From the NCBI GenBank assembly GCA_024137785.1, contig JAHRHZ010000019.1, positions 44,631,434-44,695,433 on the forward strand: DNA of 64,000 nt, written 5' to 3'. The notes under the pieces are model-generated. The model was given only the letters and a program-made list of their open reading frames with translations. It made no database searches and was not told the DNA's origin. The stretch is from Ginglymostoma cirratum. Its lineage: Eukaryota. Made by a program: the position numbers and the translations under genes. Within the stretch, counting starts at the first letter, position 1. Each line of letters starts with the position of its first letter. Below are positions 27,555 through 39,877 of the stretch, piece by piece.

Positions 27555-28190
27555 TAGACAGGGTGATTAAAATGCATTTAGCATGCTTGCCTTCATTGCT
27601 CAGTCCTTTTGAATATGGGAGTTGGGATGTTACATTGATGTTGTACAGGACATTGGCGAGGCCTCTTCTGGAATTCTCTGTCCAGTTCTGGCTGCCCAGT
27701 TATAGAAAGGATATTATTAAGCTAGAGACGGTTCAGAAGAGATTTAGCAGGATGTTGATGGGTATGGAGGCTTTGAGTTATGAAGGAAGACTAGATAAGC
27801 TGGAACTTTTCTCACTGGAGTGTAGGAGGTTGAGAGGTGACCTTACAAAATCATGAGGGGCATAGATAATTTGAGAAGGATCTTTTCCCTCGAGTGGGGG
27901 AGCTCAAAACTCGGTGTCATATTTTTAAGGTGAGAGGAGAAAACTTTAAAAAAGACATGAGGGGCAATTTTTTCACACAGAGTTTGTGTGTGGAATGAAA
28001 TTACTGGGGAGGTGGTGGATGCGGGCACAATTACAACATTTAGAAGACATTTGGATAAGTACATGAACAGGAAAATTTTGGAGGGATTTGGGCCAGGAGC
28101 AGCAGATGGGACTAGTTTAGTTTGGGATTGTATTCGGCCTTCACTGGTTTTACCGAAAATGTCTGTTTCCATGCTGTATGACTCTATGAC
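27555..28190 (+). mobile_element. CR1 LINE 3' fragment
   Basis: LYRTLARPLLEFSVQFWLPSYRKDIIKLETVQKRFSRML...; tail ends tgactctatgactc. Confidence 0.92.
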
Positions 28191-30032
28191 TCGTTTTCTG
28201 GAGTCATCTTGACTCCAGAAAAATCCAGCCTTTCATTTTTTAGGTGAAGCTAGGAACGCAGTTGACAACACTGAAGTCCCTGACACAATTTTCAGCCAAA
28301 AGACAGACATGAATTTTGCAATTATTCTAACAACTGTTTTTGTACTGTTTAACTAAGCCATAAAGGCCCTTAAAGAAACATTGAAACTAGGTCTCATCAA
28401 GAATCTTATGTGATTTAACACTGTAAAATATGCACAGCACTGCAATTTATGAGAACAACAGCAATCACAATAGCAGGATCTAATTGCACTGTCAGCTCCA
28501 TTTTGTACTCCATATACAATTCCTGAAATGTTTAATACTGTTATATTCTGTTTACGACAAGCTTCATCAGACTAATTATATGAATCTGATCTCTGGGATA
28601 TGCTATTTTTGTCTTTTCAAATTAAATAACAATGGGATGTCTGCTGTACACTACATCACTTAAGAGTCTTTTGAATGCATTTTTGCTGGGCTGCGCTAAG
28701 TGCAATACCTACAATTTACCACAAGGTGGTACAGCACACACGTTCAAACAAAAACATTTCAAAATGCTTGGGACAGCTTTGTTTAGATGAGCAGCAGATT
28801 TGTTCAGTCCTTAATAGAACAATTGGGATGCAACAAACTGGCAATATATATGTATATATGTCGAAATTGTGGCATTTTCTTAACAGGGTCACCCTTCACT
28901 AAGTTTCCAAGTCAATGCAAAGAAAACCTCAAACATTTCTACTTTGTAAATGTAAAACAGAAAAAGGGATAAATGGATACAAATGCATATCTTGTGACAG
29001 AATTGTAGATATCTCAATCAAATTCAAACAATAATCTAATCATGGAAGTTGAGGTGGGAACGGGAGTAAATGGGAGTTGAGAAGCTAGAATTACATTGGA
29101 ACTCACATTTGAACACAAAGATTACAGCACAGGATTGTAATTATTTATAAATTCAGCCTGTTTCAGCATTATCAGAGACAATTAGAATTGAGACTGACTG
29201 TGCAGGCTCTCTGAGCCCTTGATCTTGCAAGAGGATTAATGGCTGTAAAATCATTACTGGTGGTTAAGTGATCTGTAGTTGACTATATGGAATTTATCTG
29301 CCCATTGTACTTTGTGCATAAGTAACAAAATGGCAAAAATTACATGCACAATGGGGTATTCTTAAAACCTATAATTGTGATTTGTTGCTACAAAGATCAA
29401 TATCTAACGATCTAAAAAATAAGTGCTCAGCGTTCTAAAATCAATGGAAAGCATTCTTCCACATTAAGCACCGAAAGGCAAGCACCAATTATCATACTGC
29501 AAGAATGTATTTCTGTCCTGGAAATTAGACTGGAAAATACACTGCATTGCAAAAATCCCTGCACTTATCCTGTACTTCTGGAAGCAGATCTAACCAGTTT
29601 TCTCTTCAGGAGTTGCAATTAGCACAAAAGATCAGTCAAGCAGGCACCTATTTTGTGGCTAGCTGCTTTGTTCATATTGTTATGACAATATAATATGAGC
29701 AGAATCTTATAGGAACAAAGGAAGGTCTGTACATGCTAGCATCCAGTCTTTGATCAGTATGTTTATTTTCGCATGATGCAGTATAACATAGTCATGAAAG
29801 TTGCATAGGTCAACCAAGTGATCCCCAAACCCCAGGAATGAGGTAGGTTTGGGCTGACCTGAGACAAATGTGCTACAAGTCTGAATCTCAATTCCAACCC
29901 ACGTGCAACTTTCCCACTTTCAGTTTAATGGAGACATGATGTAGAGTCTGGGGTGAGTCATCTAGCCAACTCTTACAAGCAGGTTGTCATTTAACCTTTA
30001 CAATGAATTAGTGTCTCTCATTTCTTCATCAT

Positions 30033-30346
30033 CATAGATTCCCTACCGCGTGGAAATAGGCCCTTCGGCCCAATGAGTCCACACCGATCCTCAGAGCATC
30101 CCACCTAAACCCATCCCCTGAAAACCCACCCGAACCTATATGTCCCTGAACACTATGGGCAATTTAACATGGCCAATCCACCTAGCTTGTACATCTTTGG
30201 ACTGTGGGAGGAAACCGGTGCACCCGGAGGAAACCCACACAGACATGGGGAGAATGTGCAAACTCCACATTGAGAGTGACCCAAGGTTGGAATCAAACCT
30301 GGGTCCCTGGTGTTGTGAGGCAGCAGTGTTAACCACTGAGCCACCA
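30033..30346 (-). mobile_element. HE1-type V-SINE
   Basis: Full-length copy collinear with the others; tRNA head TGGCTCAGTGG / GGTTTGATTCC. Confidence 0.9.
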
Positions 30347-30734
30347 TTGAATATTTGAAACATGCAAGTAAATCAAAGCAAGGACTGTTTCAGCAATTGA
30401 ATCGTTTCCGCCCCAGTTTGGAATTATATCACCATTCCTTCATTGTAACTGGGTCAAAATCCTGGAAGGGTGTTTGTCCCCGATGATTTCTTAGTTTCAT
30501 AGCATTGTGGCCAAAATGGATATCAAATAAAAATGAAACATCCCTCCTTATTTTACTTTGAGTCCAGTTTGAACTTTATTTTATGGAAACAATTGCATTA
30601 TGTAGAATTGCATGGTAAATACAGCACAGATGCAGGTTGTTCAACCTAACCAGTCTACAGAAGGGTTTATGCTCCAATTGTGTTCCTCCTTCCATTTTTC
30701 ACATCAGCTCTCTCAGCATAACCCTGTGCTCTAT

Positions 30735-32640
30735 TACAAGAATAAAATGCATTTATGCAGCACGTTTAATGTGAAAAACATCCCAGGGTCCTTTACAGAA
30801 ACACATTCAGACATAAATTGGTACTGCCAAAGATAGAGACAGGACAGCTTACCAAAAGCTTGGTAAAAGTCGTAAGTTTTGAAGAGCAGTGAGAACCAAA
30901 GGGAGAAAGATGGAGGGAGACAATTTCAGAGCTTTGTGATAAAGATGGCGTAAATCATGATAGTCAATTCTGTGTGGAGGAGCAGATGTACAAGAGGCTA
31001 GAGTTGAAGGAGCATAGAGTTCTCAGAGGGTTGAAAGACTGGAAGAAGTCACTGTTTGAAGGAATGGTGAGGCTATCCAATGACATGAACATGAGTATGA
31101 TAATTTCAAAATGGAGGCATTGGTGGGCCAGAAGTCAAAGCAGGTCAACTACAGATGGGTCACAGGAGACCAGAATTTAAAGTTGTGTCAGGATTTGGGT
31201 CGTAAATATTTGGATCACCTGTGGTTTATGGTCGGTGGGAAGATCAGAGGCTCACGAGTCAGCACAGGAATCATAACCCAGGTGCAAAACTGGTTTCTTG
31301 CAACTGGATGTACTGGGTATACTGGAGCTCCATTTTGAAGTAGACTGGACAATTTGGACCTATATGTGTCGTACACATAGTTTTCCAGTTTTTCCTTCTG
31401 GGAATGTCTTGAGGTAACTACAAGTACGGATGAGGGTCTTCATAACAGATGATCAATGATAAGACAGTAGTCAGGCAATACTATGGAGGTCAGAGCGGGT
31501 ATCATTTAAAGAGGAATGATAGTTGAATCAGATGTCAGGTCAGAAACAAAGATGATGCGAAGTATACAAACTACCTGTTCTAGCCAAATACAGTAATAGT
31601 GAGGAAGCTTGAATTGGAGCTAAGGAATGGACTTGAGGACAAGGGTCAAAAAATAATTGCTCAGATTTTAATTCCTCCTTCTGCGTCAAATAGAGGCTGG
31701 ATGACCAAACCAATGGCTACCAAGTAGTCCTCCATATCTGGTGGTAGTTATTTTGCACGGTTCAGTGAAGGGTGTGAGGCAGGGACATCACCTACCCGTA
31801 TACAAATGCCCAATGTCTGGCCTGTCAGGATTTTTACTGGGATGTAAGGGATTTTCACCACTCCAAAGAATGGGAAGTGGCAGAAAAGGCCAGAGAGGTG
31901 AGACAGAAGGCCAGGCACTTCTTCAAAAACATGTTCAAGCATTTTTAGAGGCTGGTTACAAGTTAGCATGGAGGGAGGTCCGGAAATGAGAGGGTAGAAG
32001 AGGGGGCAAATCAATGCAACAACCAACCTTTGGAGCTGACATCCATTTTGATGGGGTTTCTCTTGGCGAGGTGTGGAGGCCCTGCCTTTTTAAGTCCGAG
32101 GAACTGAGTCTCAGGCCTATTGCCGGCTCTTAAAGGAATCATCATAACTCTTGAACAAAATGACAGCCAAGGCCAATCCTTGCTCATAGGCTGTCCCACC
32201 TTGGTTCCTGCCTCAGGGTCTGGTGAGTGACGTGGCAGGCCAAACACAGTGAAGCTTGCTGCAGGGAGAACTGCTTTTGCTGGCAGCCTGGCTTCCCCAC
32301 CTCTGACATGAAAACGAGGCCAATAACTCTGGTCTATTAATTGCTTAATTGGAAGAAGTTTAATTTCATCCACTTATGGATATAGGAGGGAGGGGGTGTA
32401 AGCGAGGCAGTGGTGAAACAGAGCTCATTTGTTCAAGTGGAACTTGGCTTTGTGTCTTTGGATTGTGTTGTTGCGGGGAGCATGTTGATAAAAGATAAAG
32501 CAGGGCTAACATTAGTTCTCTGCAGGACTCCGAATATAACAGTGCAGGGCAGTGAGAGATGAATTTCCATGGCATTCTGTGGCTAAAGCTGGATAAGATC
32601 AGGTGAGTTCCAATGAGTTCCATGCAGCAGACCATTAGGA
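30735..32640 (-). mobile_element. L2 LINE fragment, interrupted at ~31660-32365 by a degraded non-autonomous repeat
   Basis: L2-type tail (revcomp of atgcatttatgcagcacgtttaatgtgaaaaacatcccagggtcctttacag) at ~30745; RT remnant resembling GVPQGS..P.LF..YMLP at ~32440-32540. Confidence 0.6.
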
Positions 32641-32645
32641 TTTTT

Positions 32646-32870
32646 AAGAACTGCAGATGCTGGAAATCTAAGACAAAAATAGACAGTGTTATAGAAACAC
32701 AACAGCTCTGGCAGCATTTAAAGACAGAAACCTGAGTTAACATGTCAGGTCCAGAGACAAAGTCCAGTGGGTTCTGACAAAGGCTCACTGGAATTGAGAT
32801 GGTAGCTCTGTTTTCTCTTTACAGATGCTGCCAGACTTGCTTTGTTTCTCCAGCACTCTCAATTTGTATT
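32646..32870. mobile_element. Penelope-derived inverted (palindromic) pLTR pair, hammerhead cores degraded
   Basis: tctggcagcat (left) and atgctgccaga (right) form an inverted repeat; central ttctgacaaaggctcactggaattgagat is a decayed CTGANGA...GAAAC. Confidence 0.65.
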
Positions 32871-34999
32871 ACAATTTTTACTTTGCTAAAGAACTGATTT
32901 CCAATTTACTTTGAAACAAGCAAATTCACAGAACTCTCCAAGTAAGTGTTCCTGAACAGTGTTTTGTCAGAGTGAACCATTCTCTATATACTTACTTTTT
33001 CAATATAATTAAAACTATAATTCTTTTTATATATTCTTGTTTGCAATCTGAACTCTATACTAGTAGAAACCCTGACAGAATGTTAAAATTCTTAATATTC
33101 CAAGCTGTTTTACTGTGAAAGAACAGGTTTATTGTCAACACTGAATTAGCATAAGTGCCAACATGCATTTCATACACTGTTTTGAACTTCAAGTAGCTGT
33201 AATATTTAAGGTACATAACTTACTTTATAGATTACTGTAGAAGAGATCCATTTATCATACTTGACCCTCTTTATAATGCATGTGAAAACATCATATGATG
33301 AATTGTGATATATTAGAAACCTCATTATGAAGTCTTATGAGGCTCAGCCTTATGACTTTCAGATAAGTGTGAGTTTTTGGTGAGATTTCTTGCTGCATTT
33401 TACCAAGAGCACCTTATTAACTATATGCTCCACTCCCGTGATGTCCCTTTGGTCTGATTCTAGCCCCATCTTAGTATGTGCTGCTCCCAAAACAACTCAC
33501 CACTCAGCAGATATCCAAGACAGTATCCCTTGTACCTGTGCCATCTTTGAGAGGCTGTCATGTACCTGGACAAGTATTGGCAATCTGGCATCATCCCTCA
33601 CTGGCAGCATATTGGCACAGAAACCACCAAACCATCCTGCTTACAGTGCACAGCTGGTATGGTTGACATTCCATTACACATACAACTCTGTTCTCTCAGC
33701 CTGGTGTCTGTTTCACTACCAGACCACACAGTTTACCTGTCCTTAGCTACAGCCTATCTGTACACCCTCTCTGAGTCACCGCTATACTGTCCCAATGCCT
33801 GCATCTTGTCATTGCCTAGTAGGAGACCACCACATTCAGGCAAGCATTCAAACAGACAAGTCCAAACAAGAGATTTTATTCACAGTCAGAAAAAGGGAAC
33901 ACAAAGGAAACTAATAAAGGCTGCAGTCTGCACCAACAATGCAAACTGAATACTGGCACCATGATTTTGATGAATAGGCATCTTCACTTTACCTGCAGTG
34001 TACCTGCAAAGAAATATTTTCATATGAACTGTACCTGGAATTTGCAAACACATGCTTCAAGTATATGTCCCTTCCATGTCCTAACACCCAATAGATCGAG
34101 ATCTTGCACTTTTGTCCATCAAAGCAATACTGACTCTATCCACCTTGGAGATGGTCTCAGCCATTTTCCAGTTACATTTCGCAATTACAGAATGACAAGA
34201 GATGCCAGAGAATACAGCTCACTGTTGGAACTGTCAGCACTGACCCCTTACCTAACTGACATGTCCCTCTCTCCATGCCTCCTTTTACTCTGCGCTATCC
34301 TGACAGTCCCATTTCTGTCTATCCCCGCTATTTGGAGACCCACCACGTTAAACTTCATCTGTAACTGTCCTCCCTGTCTCAAACCCCGATATTACACCGA
34401 AATGATGCCGACCCTACCTGAATGATGCTCCTTTATGCTCCCCTTCTGGAGGTCACAGTGATAATCACTGACAAAAACTACCCCCTCCAACAGCTTACCA
34501 TAATACCATTTGGCATATTGTCTGCACACCCTGAGTTTCTCCTGTCACCATCCTTGTTTCAAAAATGCCCATTCCCTGCCCCGCCACCAACCTTGACTTC
34601 CCCAACTCTCTTGGCAGTCACACATCTAAAACATTCCCCCCAAACCCCCACCCGCCTTGAGCAATCGACGGATGGATGCTTAGGGCTGCATTTGCCCCAA
34701 ACCTTTGACTAACTTTGATGCGCAGCTCCCAGACATGACTGGCCAGATCAGACCACTGTTCTTGCAGTTTTGTGACTAATGGTAAGTGACTTTCCTGAGT
34801 GTTCGTGTTGGCTGTACAGGATAGTCATTGCCCACTTTTGGACTGCAGTCGACCAGATCAAGTCAGCGTTCCAAGCTGTGATTGACTGTGGCCATGTCCT
34901 CGAATGTGTGAAGGCTGTGCTCCTGATTGACGATATGTAGACACACTGATTGACTGCAGCGCTACTTGAGTGGGCTGAGGATTACCTACTACTTAGTTT

Positions 35000-35160
35000 A
35001 ATCCTGGAATTCCTTCCCCGAGGGCATTGAGAGTCTACCTGCAGCACATGGACTGCAGCGGTTCAAGAAGGCAGCTCACCATCACCTTCTCAAGGCAACC
35101 TAGGACAGGCATCGAAAATGCCGGGCAGCCAGTAACACCTAACTCCCACAAGTGCGTACC
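35000..35160 (+). mobile_element. CR1/L2-group LINE 3' end
   Basis: SWNSFP...GLQRFKKAAHHHLLKAT* then 3' UTR; same family as 8401 and 36920. Confidence 0.75.
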
Positions 35161-35456
35161 ATTTTGAAAAAAAGTTTCCAACACAGCCATTTGGTTGAAT
35201 ACATGTGCATCATGTTTGCTAGTTAGGGAGCTGGTACTTACTGTGGGTGTTAGATAGTCTTGGTGTCCCATATATTGGGGCGTCATCCACATCCGCTGCT
35301 CGCTAGATAGATCCCTACTGACCAGCCGCCTGTCTGCGCATCTGAGCAAGTCAATGCGGCATTCCTGATAGACTTTGGCTTTGGTTGAGGTGCTCATGCA
35401 CTAATGGGCATGGCAAGCCAACTAATGGGTGCTGCGAACATTCAGGTAGGCAGTGT

Positions 35457-35802
35457 CATAGAATCCCTGCAGTGTGGAAACAGGCCACTCAGCCCATCAA
35501 GTCCACACTGACTCTCCAAAGAGCAACCCACCCACACCCACCCACCACCCCATCGCTGCAACCCTGCATTTCCCATGGTTAATCCACCAAGCCTGCACAT
35601 CCCTGGGCACTATGGGCAATTTAGCATGGCCAATTCACTTAGCCTGCACATCTTTGAACTGTGGGAGGAAACCCGGAGCACCCAGAAGAAACCCATGCAA
35701 ACAGGGAAGACTGTGAAAACTCCACACAGATAGTCGTCGAAGGAATCAAAACCAGTTCCCTGGCGCTGTGAGGCAACAGTGCCAACCACTGAGCTGCCGT
35801 GG
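35457..35802 (-). mobile_element. HE1-type V-SINE
   Basis: Collinear full-length copy. Confidence 0.9.
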
Positions 35803-36114
35803 TGTTAAGTGAATGAGCACTAGGAGAGGGAATGAGATGCAGCCTGATCCAGTCCATAAGCACGCTGCATGCAATATGTCCTGCTGCAAGTCTAGTTGCC
35901 AGTGCACCCTGCAATGCAAGTCAGTGCTACCTAAGTACGTATGAAACAGAGATGCCATGCAGTTTGTATGGGGTTGGCAAGTTTTAGATGCCAATGACCA
36001 TGGACAAGGGAAACGTGCAGCCAGTGCCCGTGGGCCATGTCCTGAGATGCTTTTGGTGCTGATTCACATGGAGGCTGGTCACAAGTCGTGACAAGCTGAA
36101 GTCACCAGGTACCC

Positions 36115-36335
36115 GTTTTCTGACCACTGAGGTAATATGGACTATTAATAAGGCTGTAACAAAGCAGTAAGTCTCTTTAACTGGCAACTTGCCACTGCCC
36201 AGCGAGGAACACGCTTTGTTGCTTGCCAAAAGCATAAAAATGCTCCCAATGTTGAGACAGGCCTCAATGGACTTCTTGTCCAATTCCACCACAAATCTCA
36301 CCAGAGCCCAAGTCATTCAGACCCCCAAAGGGATT
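36115..36335 (+). repeat. ~220-bp direct repeat, copy A (copy B at 37531-37750)
   Basis: gttttctgaccactgaggtaat...cccccaaagggatt vs gttttctgatcactgaggtaat...cccccacaggatt, roughly 90% identical by eye. The ORF track shows it as near-identical ORFs 35984-36316 and 37496-37732. Confidence 0.95.
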
Positions 36336-36589
36336 CTGCCCACAGTTTGTAAGCATTGATATTCTCCATCCAGACAGTGACAAAGATAGATCATCCAATT
36401 GTATCACAGTGACAACTACCATCAGGTAGCAAAAAAAATGTTGCTGGAAATACTGGGTTTTGGTTGAAATAGGTGTTTGGCTCATGAAAATAGATCAACA
36501 GATCAACTGATCTTCAGGGGCAACAAGACTACTCAGGGATTGCCTCAGTGAGAATTATTATTATGTATTTATATTGAACTTGCTTAGAA

Positions 36590-36865
36590 TCACAGAGTCA
36601 TGAAGTTTACAGCATGGAAACCGGCCCTTTGGTCCCACTTATCCTTGCTGCTCAGTTTTCACAGTTCAACTACACCTACTTGTCTGCATTTGGGCCATAT
36701 CCCTCCAAACCTATCCCATTCATATAATTGTCCAAATATTTCTTAAATGACAAAATTGTACTCGCCTCCACCACTACTTCTGGCAGCCTGTTTCAGACAC
36801 TCACCATCCTCTGTGTGAATAAATGGCCCCCCGGACCCTTTTGTATCTCTACCTTCTCACCTTAA
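36590..36865 (-). mobile_element. CR1 LINE 3' fragment
   Basis: Reverse CR1 tail and ORF2 end (ttcacacagaggatggtgagtgtctg on the minus strand). Confidence 0.8.
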
Positions 36866-36919
36866 AAGGGTGCTTCTTTACAGATTCCTGATTCCAGCCA
36901 TTTATATTTATGGCAATTT

Positions 36920-37380
36920 TATCCATTCATGTGATATATGCATTGCTGTTTAGGCTGGCATTTGTTGCCTATCCCAAATTGTCCTCAAGTAGATGGTGGT
37001 GAACTTCTGTCGTCCATGGGGTTTAGGAACACCTACCGTATTGTTATAGAGGGAGTTCCAGGATTTTGATACTGGTACGGTAAAGAAATGGCAGCTTGCT
37101 CCCCAGTCAGGATAGTGTACAGCTTAGAAAGAAACCCTTATGACGATCTCATGCATCTGCTGTACTTACACTTTAAGGTGGTAGGAGTTGTGGGTTTGTA
37201 AGGTACAAATGAAGCAGCTTGAGTGAGTTGCTGCAGTGTATATTGTAGATGATATGCACAGCTGCCATTGTGCATCAGTGGTGGAGGAAGTGAAAGCTGA
37301 AGGCAGTGAGCGGAATACCAAGCAAGTTGGCTGCCTTGCCTTATCTGATATCAAGCTTCTTTTAAGTTGTTAGAGCTCGC
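36920..37380 (-). mobile_element. CR1/L2-group LINE 3' fragment
   Basis: Matches the 8401 and 35000 family (agggagttccaggattttga). Confidence 0.7.
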
Positions 37381-37388
37381 TCAAGAGG

Positions 37389-37533
37389 AGTGATTAGTTG
37401 ACGTTAGGGGAAAAAAACACACACAGGAGAAAACTTGTAAGGAGTGGAATACAATTCTTAGAATTTCTTTCATTCTACTATATTGTTACAGTTTGTTAAC
37501 CGCATTTTAGAAGAATGTTCTTTGTTGACTGTT
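37389..37533. repeat. ~145-bp inverted repeat arm (partner 38366-38514)
   Basis: agtgattagttgac...ggagaaaacttgtaaggagtggaatacaattcttagaa...ctttgttgactgtt is the reverse complement of aacagtcaacaaag...ttctaagaattgtattccactccttacaagttttctcc...gtcaactaatcact. Confidence 0.95.
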
Positions 37534-37750
37534 TTCTGATCACTGAGGTAATGTGGACTATTAATAAGGTTTTAACAAAGCAATAAGTCCCTTTAACTGG
37601 CAACTTGCCACTGCCCAGCGAGGAACAGACCTTGTTTCTCGCCAAAAGCATAATAATGCTCCCAATGTTGAGATAGGCCTCAATGGACTTCTTGTCTAAT
37701 TCCACCACAAATCCCACCATAGCCCAAGTCACTCAAACCCCCACAGGATT
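37531..37750 (+). repeat. ~220-bp direct repeat, copy B
   Basis: See 36115-36335. Confidence 0.95.
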
Positions 37751-38365
37751 GTTGACAGTCCTTGTGCTTTGGACATACTTTGAAGACTAAGGAGAGTCAG
37801 GTGGGTCCTAGGGGGCTGGTGGGGGGCATTTCTCAATAGCACTCTGAGGCCTAGAAGTTCTCCTCGGTGCAGCAATTTTGAGACCCTTGATTCCAGGAAA
37901 GCCCTGTCAAAAGTCTGTGTTTGACATGGTATTTTCCAGAAAAAGAGGCAATGGGGCTCTCACTGGCTTTCCAGCTAGGGGCCAAGACTTGCAATGGCTC
38001 CACACAATTTGACTCTGGATCTGGAATTTTGTATAAGTGTGTGATAGTTTGGAAATGTTGAGAAACATATTAAGCACCACCTGATTTGATGGGGTAATCT
38101 CGGGAGGGAGAACAACCCTTTGTTCTGTTTGATTGCGGAAGTACTCTATGACTTAGTAATCTCTACGATAGTCTTGTAGCTAAGTCTATCGTAACAATGT
38201 AACTTGTATCTAGTTACTATCATACAATAAACTCCATCTTGTTTGAGACAATATCTCTTCTCATTAGAAAAGCAGGTGGTGTTCCTCTACCACACCAAGA
38301 AAAGGGATCTTGGCAAAAATTATACCTGATATATCTTTCATCAAGATGACCTGTGGCAAGGATTC

Positions 38366-38514
38366 AACAGTCAACAAAGAACTTTCTTCTAAAATGCAGT
38401 TAACAAACTGTAACAATATAATGGAATGAAAGACGTTCTAAGAATTGTATTCCACTCCTTACAAGTTTTCTCCGGTGTGATTTTTTTTTCTTTCCATAAT
38501 GTCAACTAATCACT
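38366..38514. repeat. Inverted repeat arm (partner 37389-37533)
   Basis: See 37389-37533. Confidence 0.95.
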
Positions 38515-38911
38515 TCAAGACATCATAATTCATGCAAGATGAATGGGATTCTCATCATAAGTACTACTGATACTGCTCAGCAACTGTATAATAGGAGAAA
38601 CGTTTTCATTGGCTAAGACAAGTTGTGCTAATGTCTCAAGTCCTCCTGTGAATTGCAGCATTAGCACAATCCCAGAACAATACAGGCTGGCTATTAAACA
38701 ACCCTCTGAAATGATACATAAAAGTGCTTGCATACCCAGTAAGATAAAAACGCTTGTCAAATTTTACACAATGATAAACTCTGTTGCACAACAAATAGAA
38801 ATTAAAAAAATTTAGGTGAGAAGGAAACCTCATTTGTTTTTTGCATCCGGATTTTTTTGTAAAAAGAAACAAATAAAACCCATGTTATTGTGGTTCAAAT
38901 GTCCTGCTTAC

Positions 38912-39295
38912 CTCTCTCACAAGATTTGCCAAGAAATCCAGTTCCAGAGCAATCACAAATGTACCTGTTCCAGCCTTCTCTGCAAACACCATTGTTTCGG
39001 CATGGATTACTAAGGCACTGCTTTGGACCTTCTTTTGCACATGAAGGTTTAACTCCAGCCACATTTTGGATTTCAGCCATTCTCCGTATATCTTTGCTTT
39101 GGCCATCAATGAACAAGTCTCTGATACATCCTACATATCCATAGTTAAGAAGAGCTGTCCATACTTCTGTTGGGAAAACAAGAGCTGCTTTGTTCTCAGG
39201 TAGTCCACCTAAATACAAGTCATCATCCAGGTCCAGAATTTCACTCTCCCCATGCGCCATGTATGGTGAACGCTTGCTGTTAATGGTGATAGTAC
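38912..39295 (-). CDS. NRXN1: alpha-neurexin coding exon (C-terminal LNS3 + EGF2), 384 nt, phase 1/1
   Basis: Minus strand TCTAG|GTACTATC...TGTGAGAGAG|GTAAGC. Translates (G)[127 protein letters not shown], clearly neurexin. [33 protein letters not shown] is NRXN1-type. Neurexin identity near-certain; paralog assignment about 0.7. Confidence 0.96.
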
Positions 39296-39753
39296 CTAGA
39301 GAGATAAGTAGAAAAAAAACTTGAAATTGAATGTTCTTTTAATATCTTCTCATTGAGGAATTGATTATATGAGCACTCACTTTGGCTGAGGTACCACTTT
39401 TTGTTTAAGATCAAAGTTGAGTCCACATTTTTTTTGTCATGTAGATAATTTGCTGCATCTCAACTCTCTTTACCAACTAAAACAATATCATCCAGTGTTT
39501 TCTCAGCAACAAGAATGTAATGATAAGAGGAGTTGAAATGCTGGTGAAGCCATAAAAATGAGTTTTATACTTATTATTCATCTTCCTATATGATTGAGAT
39601 AACCAATTAACATCAACAACAACTTTAGTAAGTTCTTGTAGCTACATAATATTATGGATACCGATCTGTGAAAACTTCACTGGTGCTGAAGCCTAAATAA
39701 GCCTTCAATATTATTTATCATCATAGATTCAACTAGTGTTGGAACTCATGTTC

Positions 39754-39877
39754 CAGACATATTTTTAATCAACCTGTTCAGACACATTCTGACATCCCTG
39801 TGGAGAAGTTGGGACTTTAACCCCAGCCTTCTGACCCAGAGGTAAAGACACTACCACTGTGCCACAAGAGCCCTTAC
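39754..39877 (-). mobile_element. Short tRNA-derived SINE with 10-bp TSD
   Basis: Minus strand GGGCTCTTGTGGCACAGTGGTAG (A box)...GGTTAAAGTCCC (degenerate B box); flanked by actcatgttc at 39744-39753 and 39878-39887. Confidence 0.8.

Noticed and set aside
30270-30346. tRNA-like A/B boxes suggesting tRNA genes (also at 39800 and 44880)
   Set aside because: No cloverleaf; these are SINE heads followed by SINE body.
19657-35994. Recurrent short ORFs (MGNLAWPIHLACTSL..., VAQWLTLLPH...)
   Set aside because: Translations of HE1-type SINE copies, not genes.
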